Of a DNA stretch of 64,000 bases, positions 39,458 to 49,591 are shown one piece after another. The translations under genes were made by a program, and so were the position numbers. Below the pieces are notes generated by a model. The model saw nothing but the letters and a program-made list of their open reading frames with translations. It was not told the origin of the DNA and ran no database searches. The stretch comes from Paraphysomonas bandaiensis. Its lineage: Eukaryota > Protista > Chrysophyceae. The stretch's first letter is position 1. The number at the start of each line of letters is the position of its first letter. Location: NCBI GenBank assembly GCA_965644295.1, contig CBFFRP010000271.1, forward strand, positions 65,262 through 129,261, given 5' to 3'.

Positions 39458-41213
39458 CCCTCAACAGAGTCGGACTCGCACCTTTTCGTGGTGTTCTGGG
39501 GGATAAGTACTGGAGAGATTCTCTCTGGGAAACTAACGTGAGCCGCAAACATACTCATCAGATATTCTCTACCCACACATAGCCGAATGCTAGTGACTTA
39601 AGCAGGCAGCTCAATACCCCGGTTACCCTTCAGGTGGGCCCATTCCCGGATGCCTGTTTTTTCGTCAAGGCCCATTCCCGGATGCCTGTATTTTTGCCAA
39701 GACCCAAAGATTTCTACGCAAGTGCCACTTATTGGTGTCCCTTGTACCACACAAGCATTCGGCTATGAGTGGGCAGAAGAATATCTGCTGACTATGTTTG
39801 CGGCTCACGTTAGTTTCCCAGAGAGAATCTCTCCGGTACTTTTCCCCCAGAACACCACGAAAAGGTGCGAGTCCGACTTTGTTGAGGGTCACTTGTGTAT
39901 AAGTCGTCTTTGAGCCTTGACGAATTTTACAAGCATCCGGGAATCGGCCCACCTCAAGGGCATCCGGGATATTGGGCTGCAGGCTGGTGAAGTCAAGTAT
40001 CCGGGCTGTTACCTTCAGGACAAAGAGTGAAAGTGGTTGCATCTTGGTGCATGCTGTGACGCACAAGCAGTTTTGTAGTAAATAACAGAGCAAAGTACTG
40101 ACTCTTAACGGCTATTGCTAATAATAAGACATTCACTACTTACAAAATCAAGCGCAAACTCGATATTGCTTGTGAGGTGTGTAAAATACATTTATTTATA
40201 GCTCTCTACATATTTATCTTAACTATGTCCTGATGTGAAGCACATGTCGAGCTTCATCAGGCCTGCATAGAAACGGCCGGCCTTGCAATGCAGCGAAGAC
40301 CCTCATCAACGATGAAACTGCCAATGTCAAGGCCCTTATAGGAAGTAGTGAATGTCTGACTATTAGCAATATTATTAATAGGCGTGTAAACTTTAGAGAT
40401 AATTATGTAGCAAAACAATTTAACTAACTACTACGCTCAACTCTGACATTCAACTATTTTGCGCTACGAAAGATTCTTGTGCGTCACCGTAAGCACCAAG
40501 ATGCAACCACTTTCACTCTTTGTCCTGAAGAAGGGAACTATCACGCTTGACTTCATCAGGCAGCCCAATACCCCGGGTGTCTGTTAATTCTGACTAGTGT
40601 CGTTTCTGTACCACACAAGCATTTGGCTATTTTCTGACAAGGGGAATATACTATAAACACCTAAAAAGTCGGTGAGATTGTGAAACCTGGTGAAGTGATT
40701 TCATCAGGTTTCATAATAATATATGGAAAAGTGCCCTCAATAAAGTCGGACTCGCACCTTTTCGTGGTGTTTTGGGGGATAGGTACCGGAGAGATTCTCT
40801 CTGGGAAACTAACGTGAGCCGCAAACATAGTCAGCAGATATTCTTCTGCCCACTCATAGCCGAATGTTTGTGTGGTACAAGGGACACCAATAAGTGGCAC
40901 TTGTGTAGACGTCTTTGGGCCCTGACGAATAAACAGGCATCCGGAAATGGGCCCACCTGAAGGGTAACCGGGGTATTGGGCTGCCTGCTGAAGTCAAGCA
41001 TCCAGGATGTTCGCCTTAAGAACTCAGAACGGAAGTGGTTGCACCTTGGTGCTTGCGGCGACGCACAAGCAGCTTTGGTAGCGTTAAATAGTAGGATAAT
41101 AGAGTTTGTACTGATTAGTTACAGGTAGAGGTCTAACTAGTATGTCTAGCATTCATCTAGCTACTAAATTGGTGCAAGTTTTTAACGCCTATTGCTAAAT
41201 AATAAGACTTTCA
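39458..41213. repeat. Cluster of ~5 pieces of the ~480-bp repeat in alternating orientation; most complete copy 40734-41213
   Basis: Pieces at ~39458-39590(+), 39595-39888(-), 39890-40140(+), 40345-40630(-) and 40734-41213(+). Common start CCCTCAA.A.AGTCGGACTCGCACC and common end CTATTGCTA.TAATAAGAC.TTCA. Confidence 0.85.
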
Positions 41214-41399
41214 ATAATATGGAAAAGTGTTATATAAGTACTTATTTGAAGACTATGTTAATGAAAATGACACGCAAAACGACGATGCAATAAATACGAA
41301 AATTGAAAAAGCTTGTATATTCTCTTTCATTCTGGTTACACTCGTTCAATAAGTCAAGCAAGATATAACATATAAATGTAAGAAAATAATATTTAATAT

Positions 41400-44261
41400 T
41401 TATACAAACATATTTCTCAAGTCATTTTTCCATTTGTATCTCAACTTATTTTTGTCAAAATGTCCGGGTTTGATTGCACAAGACTGATATTGTTCAGTTC
41501 CAAATTTATCGGCATTGAACTCTAGCCAGGATTGTATCTGTGCCCATGGAATCATACCATTTGGCTTTTGATACTCCTTTATCAAGGCGAGAAGCGATTT
41601 TACTTCGTCATCTGACCATTCTTCATGCCCACGTAAAACCTTCTTGCTCGTGCTTCGAGAATACATTGGACTGCTCGTATTGCTAGAAATTTCTTTTGTT
41701 GGAGTACACATAGGACTCACAGACACCGCACTATATTCTTCTAGATTTCTTGCGAATATATTACACTCGTCATCACCATCATCTTTTACACAAAGGGAAC
41801 CCAATTTTCCGATGACATCCTCCATACTCTCACGTAACTGCGAGTCATACGGAACATTTTCCTTGTTGTAGAAATAAGCCTTATCAATATTGAGACCATC
41901 TCGATCAAATGCTACTCCACTTGAGACATCTATGTCATTGGATTCCGATTTACATATTAGACTGGTCTGAGAACAGCATCTATCTTTAGATCTACCGGAG
42001 ACGCTATAATTCAAATTTCTGTCTACTGATGATTCGGGCGAATTTACAATGGAATCAACAGCTACGAGTTCTGTTTCGTCAGAGCTGTCGTTGAAGAAAT
42101 CGTGCAAATCCAAAAAGCAAAACGTTGTCGTTGAATCGGAGTTAATTTCATCACAACTCTGAGCAGTGAATAGTCTTGGGCCACAGTGAATCCCCTGTGT
42201 TGATGGAATACTTTCGGTGTTATATTCACAGGGAGGAGTTATATCGCTTTCCATTTCACTATGACAGATATCTTTTTGATTTTCGGCAGGTGAAGAGTCA
42301 GCAGCCTAAGTCAGTGGTTAGCCAAGATTGGTATGATACGACAACACACACCTCTACATATTGCTCTGAATGTGGAGAGTACAGTCGAGAGCTATGACAC
42401 GGAGACAAGTCGACATTGTCCGTTGGATACAAGTCCTATATTAAATGAGAATATCATTCAATATATCTTGAAAGTTACCTTTTCAGCGCTACCACATTCT
42501 GCATCATTAGAACAAACTTTCGCATTCATAGTCATTTTTTGCGCACTTGAGTCTATATTATTAAGTGATTTAATATTGCCAGGTTGCGTTTCAACTGTTG
42601 TTTCGTCATTTTTACTGCTGTGATCATGAGAAAACACTGCTGATGAGGGCACACAATATTCACCACTGTGTTCTGCATTATATCCACTGGAGCACGAAAC
42701 ATTATCCGTATCGTCTTCCTCATCAATAGAATACTCTCGTTTATTAATCATCTCTGTGGCTTCGCACGCTTGTATCTCATTGGGTCCATTATCGGTTTTG
42801 CTGATTGACCTATGTTCACTATTCAGCAACACCGTATCATCAACATCCTCGATATGACTGTTATCAATAACACCGATGGCGACGTCATCTACAAGGCTGA
42901 CATATCTGTCATTGGCGCCGCGTTGATATGACCCCTTTCCCTCTGCTGCCAATGATTTATTCGAATCGGCAGCAACATAAGTATTTAACTTCTGTAATAG
43001 AGTTGTCGCGTAAGGCTCCATGGCTTGGCATATTCGATCAATATCCCACAGTTCAATGTGGACATTTTGACCTAAAAGCTTATCAGCGGTTTCTTTGGCG
43101 TTGCGCGTGTAGGTGCTTGTGGTCATGAAGAACCCCGAGTGGGATTCCGCATGCCACATTGCCCCTAAGAACTCACGAATCATCACCGCCGACACCTTGC
43201 AATTGTATCTTTTGCACTGACCAACAGCTTTCCATGTTGAGTTATGAACACGACTTCTAAGTATAAAATCTATTCCATTGTCAGCCGCCTTCCCACATTG
43301 TGTTGTTTTATACCCCAAGCAATCAAATAAATCGCAGCAAAATGCTTCAAATGCTCTACCATCACGAGGAAGATTTAAAAGCTTATGTCGTAATATTCCC
43401 ACATGATCAGATTCATTAAATTTATCCAGAATATTTTCGCTTACGACAACATCGAAACCACAAGAAGTATCAATCTCTGTTTCAACTGAACGCACCTGTT
43501 GTCCGATTGTTACAAGGGAAGCTGAAGGTATTTTGTATGAATCAGGTTCTATAGAACAAGAAATACTCTCCACTTGTGAAGAGATATTTGCTACACATTC
43601 TCGAGACTGTATCAGCTGACGAGATAAAATAGTGTTCTCATCTCGCAAGCTCTTGATATTTGATTTCAGTCGGGACACATGCTCTGTTTGCCGCGAACTT
43701 GTTTCTGTGATACTGAGTTGAATTTCACGCATTGTTTCGTCTCTACCTTTTAATTCCAATTGTAATTCATCGATCAACATGTTTAGTCGATGGTTTTCAT
43801 TCTGAGCACTGTTCTTTTCTTCTGTCACGAGTATCAATCGACGTTCCAAATCAGCTATCTTAGACTCAAGCATTCGTACCGGAGTATTGATTCTCTCCTT
43901 TTCTAGTTCTTGGTTCCGTTTACCAAGTCTGCTGAGATATTCCATGTTGTTTGCGGTAGCATCAGTAAAAGTTTTTTGCATTGCACTCAAATTGTCATCT
44001 TTTGCCATTAACTCTTGTCTCAGTTGAATACAACACTCCAACAATCGAGCATTTTCTTTTACAGTAGCTTCATTTTCATTTCGTAGAGCTCGACAAATAT
44101 TTCCTAATTGAGACAATTTATCTTCACAAGCCATCTTTGATTTTATGGCATCGTTGTATGCAATTTCATATGATTCTAAAGCCTTCCACAGAGTAGAGTA
44201 TTCCATGCCCTTTTCGTGCATCAAGGGTAAGTCATTCACTTGAGAATACAAACTTTCCAGC
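41400..44261 (-). CDS. Coiled-coil + Mrr-type restriction endonuclease + C-terminal Myb/SANT protein (spliced; first exon(s) unresolved)
   Basis: ORF 42458-44251 has FEAF...LGY...DNGIDF...QCKRY...IREFLGA...GFFMTTSTYT..AK. Introns 42478-42436 and 42351-42306 join it in frame to ORF 41400-42254 (WSDDEVKSLL...PWAQI...LRYKWKN). Confidence 0.8.
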
Positions 44262-44704
44262 TATAATATGTTGGTTAATATGCAATTAATATCTTCCATT
44301 AATATGCTTATAGGGAGGCACATTTTTATACCACTTCATTAACGGCTAAAACGGTTGGGTTTCGAGACATGCCATACAAAACAGGGGATTTTTATCACAT
44401 AAAAAGAGATCCAAGTAAAAACTAGGAAATATACAATATTACAGCTGTGCGATGTTGCCGAAATGCGTATTCTGTGAGTGGGTAAAATGCAAGTCTGCCA
44501 ATCATAGTCGACTGCTGTACGTACCTGTGAAATGGAGTGTATGAAAGTATCACTAGCATTCCATGGCATTGTTTACAGTTTTCTCTGTCCATTATCTTGT
44601 AGTTCATTCCATTTTCTCTCATTATCGTACTGTAAATACTTATTTACCTTCTCTTATGCTATCATCTCCTCTCTCTCAATCTCTATAATATTTTCATATT
44701 CTTC

Positions 44705-45205
44705 ATGTTCATCTCTGCGGCTAAGAAGCGTAAGAATTTAGAAGTAGATTGTAGTCTAAGCGATCAAATTAAGAGAGTCAAGATATCTACCACTCCAGGA
44801 GACCTTCGCCTTCAGAAAGATTTAAAGGACTTTGACCACTGTGATAAACTTGAGTTTCGGTGTGCTGGTGAAATAGCATCTGTTATTTTAACTTTCAAGA
44901 GTATTCCAGCTTGTTGTCCTAATACTTTCTTGATTCGTGTGCCGCGACACTACCCGCATCACTGTCCACAAGTGCGTTGTCTAAGCAGAGGTTTCCATAA
45001 TCAATTCATAGATTGTAATGGAAACGTCATGCATCCAGACTTGACCGATAATTGGAATGCAATGAATAGTCTGATGGATATTGTTCGAACTTTAGAATAT
45101 ATCTCTGCGCAGTTTTCAGTAGAGATACCACCTCAGCTCATATCGAACAATAGATGTATAAATGAGCCAATGGAAGTATCAAGCAATCGTGATCGAAGTT
45201 TTTAA
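44705..45205 (+). CDS. UBC12-like ubiquitin-conjugating-fold protein lacking the catalytic Cys
   Basis: TPGDLRLQKDL, F.IRVPRHYPHHCPQVRC and IDCNGNVMHPDLTDNW, compared with canonical HPNID.EGNVCL.IL..DW. Confidence 0.75.
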   Translation: MFISAAKKRKNLEVDCSLSDQIKRVKISTTPGDLRLQKDLKDFDHCDKLEFRCAGEIASVILTFKSIPACCPNTFLIRVPRHYPHHCPQVRCLSRGFHNQFIDCNGNVMHPDLTDNWNAMNSLMDIVRTLEYISAQFSVEIPPQLISNNRCINEPMEVSSNRDRSF

Positions 45206-45398
45206 GATAGTCTTGATATGTAGATAGCATGTGATGCCAGACTGACAATGCCCACCCTCCTCTGTATCAATGTACATAATAACTTCATTATATAATACTC
45301 TCTTCATATCAAAGAATATGCATTCGTTTGTGGACAAGTAATAGTTTTTGTCATACCCTCTCCATTAAGAGGTTGCTCTTAACAGCACACATATACAC

Positions 45399-45559
45399 CA
45401 GGGCCTGGTATCCATTAATGGTAATGACATTATAATTGCCGGGACTTTTTTAATTAATGCCATTATAATTGCGGGAAACTGGACTACCATTAATGGTATC
45501 CCATTAATGACCTGTACTGCTATATATAGAACTGAGTGTTTAATGGTTACCAGGCCCTG
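45399..45559. mobile_element. 161-bp hAT MITE of the 7-10 kb family
   Basis: TIRs CAGGGCCTGGTA...TACCAGGCCCTG and 8-bp TSD ATATACAC. Confidence 0.92.
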
Positions 45560-46199
45560 ATATACACATATTAATATGCTTATTGTTAGAATAAATAAAT
45601 GAATATATTAGTTATTTAATTCAAAATTAAGTTTATATGCATTAAATTAGCTGCACGATTATATGTGCGTGCATGTTGTTGGTTGTAGACAGTTATTATT
45701 GCTATGTCAAAGATATAACATTTTACAAAATGTGTAGTTTTGTAATGTCTAACTTCAATAATAATTTTGCAAACTTAGATAAAGTTGGAAACATTTAGGA
45801 ACATATAATAATACTTATGATCAATATCACTTCTCAGTCGCCAAATTTATGTTGTCTCAGCTACCAATCATTTCCATACAATCTAGATATCACGATCTTA
45901 TACGGACAATATATTTCAGTTTCACTACTATGATTGCTACTGTGACAATAGTTCTCATCATACAGTTAACCACTTCTGTATTCCTCCATTAACAGTCATA
46001 AGTCAAATATCTTTGAACTATAGCTTTCAATTGCTTTCAAATAGCAGAACTCAACAATTTATCGACAAGACTAAAGTTGCTAAAACTCACTCATATTCAG
46101 TTAATATTACATTTTTGTATGATAATTACATACACTCAGCTTACAAATACAAACACTGACAAATTAACTGCCCCATTCTGCGAGTGTGTGTATAATTAC

Positions 46200-46525
46200 T
46201 CCTACAGAGATTCAACGCACCATCTAATAACTTCTGTTTCGTCATTGGGCTCGGATCAGCCTGTCAAGAAACACAGCTAAAGTCACTCTGCTCTCAAAGT
46301 GGGTCTATGTACCTGCCCGCTAGAGAAACAGGTGCCCTGCATATGATCATGCCTCTCATCGCCCTGCAGGTGGTTCAGGGAGTCTCCATTGATGTCGGGC
46401 AAATCAGCCGCGCAGGAGGTGCTCAGGCGGCGTATGCCCGTGTCCGTGAGACTGTAGGACTGAGGCAGAACCCGGTGGACTTTCTGTTCCTACTGGATGC
46501 TTCTGGATCTATGCGCTCGAAGTGA
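46200..46525 (+). pseudogene. 5'-truncated first copy of the permuted-vWA gene
   Basis: Homology begins mid-CDS (CCTACAGAGATTCAACG) and is followed by a ~0.3 kb spacer deletion near 46612. Confidence 0.85.
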
Positions 46526-47937
46526 GACATCGAACCCAACCATTACCGCCATTTTTGATACTACGATATTGTGATCTTATTATTGTACAGAATTATATAT
46601 TTATTTGACAATTCGTTACATTCACCCTTCGTGAGTGGATACGTGGATACCATCCCCATTCAGCCACTATGCTAACAAGATCCCGGACTGCATAACTTAT
46701 CTTGCTACGAGGTTTCATACACTCAAAGAAGAAAAGCTATATAGCATTGCTTGCTTCTTTTATACTATTCTGTTTTATTAGTGTGTGTACATTTCACGAT
46801 ATTCTACGGATAATCAATATAGTTGGCATTCCCAACATTAAAGAGGGAAATGGATATGGCATATGGCAGAGCTACATAATGCATACACAAACAGATTATG
46901 ACACAACAATGTATAAGAAACACTGATATAATTCAAACCGTGTAGGATATTAAATGGAATAAACTGTCAATTCCACAATAACATAACATAATATAACCTA
47001 CCACAGTTGTTGAATGACTAATATGGCATTCATCAGAATCTACACGCAATTAGTCCATTTGCTTTTGTATGACTAAGTATAAACATATTAAAGTTGAAGT
47101 GCATATATAATCATATGTAATACCACTCGCGTAAGCGATGGGTTGTCAAGCTAACCAAGACTCCTCCATACACAACAACTCCTGTTTCTCCTCTTGTATG
47201 TACTCAACCGCTCAGCGACACACGAATCACAAGAGTTCTAATCGCAAGTCGATATTTAATTTACAATGGTAGAGGTTTCAGAGTCAACACGAGGAGTGAG
47301 GGTACTCAGCTGGCTTGTTGTAAGCACTGCATATGCAGTCGCCGTTGTTCTTCGTCCATAAACAAACTCAATAACATGTCATCCTTCGAGATTGAATTCC
47401 ACACAACACACTATCACCAATATTAGCTCACCCTGAAGCTAATTTAAGAATGGTGTGTGGCCTTATGGGCATATTCAATGCACTTCACTGAGGCTCCGAC
47501 AGATATCACTGATATGAAAATTTCACTGAAAAAGTCTCGGATTCTGCTGTGAAAATATAAGCCCAACCTGACCAAGAGACACGAGGTCATAACCAACAAA
47601 TATAATGTGCAAAATACTTACTTTGCTTCCAGCGACATTCACTGCTGCTGATAAGTGTGCTGTGATCTGTGTCGGAACTATCTCTCAAACAGCACACAGT
47701 CTGTGCAGTAGCCGTACCAGAACTCTATACACAGCAGTCTATACCTACAGCCTACAGCGCAGTGTGGGCCAACGGAATACTGCTGTGTACAATGTATACT
47801 ACGGTCGTACAGCCGGCAGATTCTCGCCATGAAGATATTTTTTTGAAGAATATGCGGACATTTCTGATTTTGTCTGCAAATCCAAATCATCCGTCCATTC
47901 CATACATAACTCTTCTCCACAAACACAACTCAAAGCA

Positions 47938-48708
47938 ATGGGAAACTCTTCATCATCAACTACATGTGGCAATACTACGCCAGCCAGAAAAACTCCCGCA
48001 ACTACTACTGTGACAGGAACCACTGGGATAACTGCCCTAGGCGTGGCATCTGATTCACGAATTGCCGTGGCAGCTCAAAGTATGGCTCAGTTCCTCCATT
48101 CAACGATGACTAGAATAGACCGCTGTACTGTGGTGGGGTTTCATACTCAATACAAGCCTCTTGTCTCCCTGCAATCGGAGGATATGGCATTGATGGGCCT
48201 TGCTGCATGCTGCAGAATGACCAACGACAAAGAGAGCGGTGGTACTCATCTTTGGGACTCTATTGTGGTCTCAGTCTTGCAACACATCACTACTGCAGAC
48301 CGATCACGACCGTGGGTGCTGGTGATTTTAACTGACGGTGGTGACAACGGCAGCAAGCAGACTTTGAAAGATGCCGCCCAGATCCTACAGAGATTCAACG
48401 CACCATCTAATAACTTCTGTTTCGTCATTGGGCTCGGATCAGCCTGTCAAGAAACACAGCTAAAGTCACTCTGCTCTCAAAGTGGGTCTATGTACCTGCC
48501 CGCTCGAGATGCAGGTGCCCTGCATATGATCATGCCTCTCATCGCCCTGCAGGTGGTTCAGGGAGTCTCCATTGATGTCGGGCAAATCAGCCGCGCAGGA
48601 GGTGCTCAGGCGGCGTATGCCCGTGTCCGTGAGACTGTGGGACTGAGACAGAACCCGGTGGACTTTCTGTTCCTACTGGATGCTTCTGGATCTATGCGCT
48701 CGAAGTGA
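47938..48708 (+). CDS. Circularly permuted vWA protein, array copy A
   Basis: Intact 256-aa ORF with C-terminal VDFLFLLDASGSMRSK. Confidence 0.88.
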   Translation: MGNSSSSTTCGNTTPARKTPATTTVTGTTGITALGVASDSRIAVAAQSMAQFLHSTMTRIDRCTVVGFHTQYKPLVSLQSEDMALMGLAACCRMTNDKESGGTHLWDSIVVSVLQHITTADRSRPWVLVILTDGGDNGSKQTLKDAAQILQRFNAPSNNFCFVIGLGSACQETQLKSLCSQSGSMYLPARDAGALHMIMPLIALQVVQGVSIDVGQISRAGGAQAAYARVRETVGLRQNPVDFLFLLDASGSMRSK

Positions 48709-49125
48709 GACATCGAACCCAACCATTACCGCCTTTTTGGATACTACGATATTGTGATCTTATTATTGTACAGAATTATATATTTATTTGACAAATCGAT
48801 CTAAACACAGACAATTATCTCTGTGTTGCATATGGCTGAATTCTGAATTACAAGAATATTTTAATATCATTCACCATTTACCATGTATGCCAAGTAAACT
48901 CAATTATTAATTAATTAATTTTTTTTCATTTCATGTAGCGATATATTTCTGTTCATACATTCTATGGTATATAGTACATAGATGAAACATATGGATGGAT
49001 ATAGCACTAGCACAATATACTACAATAAAGCATTACATAGTAGAAATAAGTATTTACTGGGTTATCACGCTCCAAGGAACATTACATTCACCCTTCGTGA
49101 GTGGAGACGTGGATACCATCCCCAT

Positions 49126-49418
49126 TGTTGGGAAATGCTCATTTTACTTAGATCAAAGAGAGATTAAGTTGTTAGACTAGATAGATTTATTAATATCGTT
49201 TACACAAATTGTGTTAAACAACACAAGCTCGTTTTGTGCCATGCATAAATCACTACTTCTGTAGACCTTTCGCTACTAAACATATCTTGAAAGAGCAAAC
49301 TATTTCAGTTTTCTCAATATCATAACAGCATCTACACATCACCATACTTCACTGTATTCTCGTACATTGTCTTCAAGTACCACATTGAATATACTAGGAT
49401 ACAGTCCATATTCTAATA
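49126..49418 (-). repeat. Copia 3' LTR
   Basis: Direct repeat of 54288-54580, preceded on the minus strand by the PPT. Confidence 0.95.
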
Positions 49419-49591
49419 CTCCCACTCAATGTAGAATGCAGTGATACGAAACAACAATGAGTACAGTGATCTTCATGCTATAAACTAGTCTCATAGGTAA
49501 AATAGATGTGAAATCTTATCAAGATACATATATAACTAGCAGTCAACTAGATATATAGTTATGTGGGATTCTCACCCACTAAAACACACCT

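Noticed and set aside
40225-40715. CTGATGA motifs suggesting a hammerhead ribozyme
   Set aside because: I found no properly placed stem II + GAAA + cleavage triplet, and other copies read CTGCTGA or CTGGTGA.
39650-40960. 80-140 aa ORFs in the structured repeat
   Set aside because: Not preserved between copies, present on both strands and without domain signal.
47605-48023. Short ORFs recurring upstream of each vWA copy
   Set aside because: They recur only because the unit is duplicated and they show no protein-like features.
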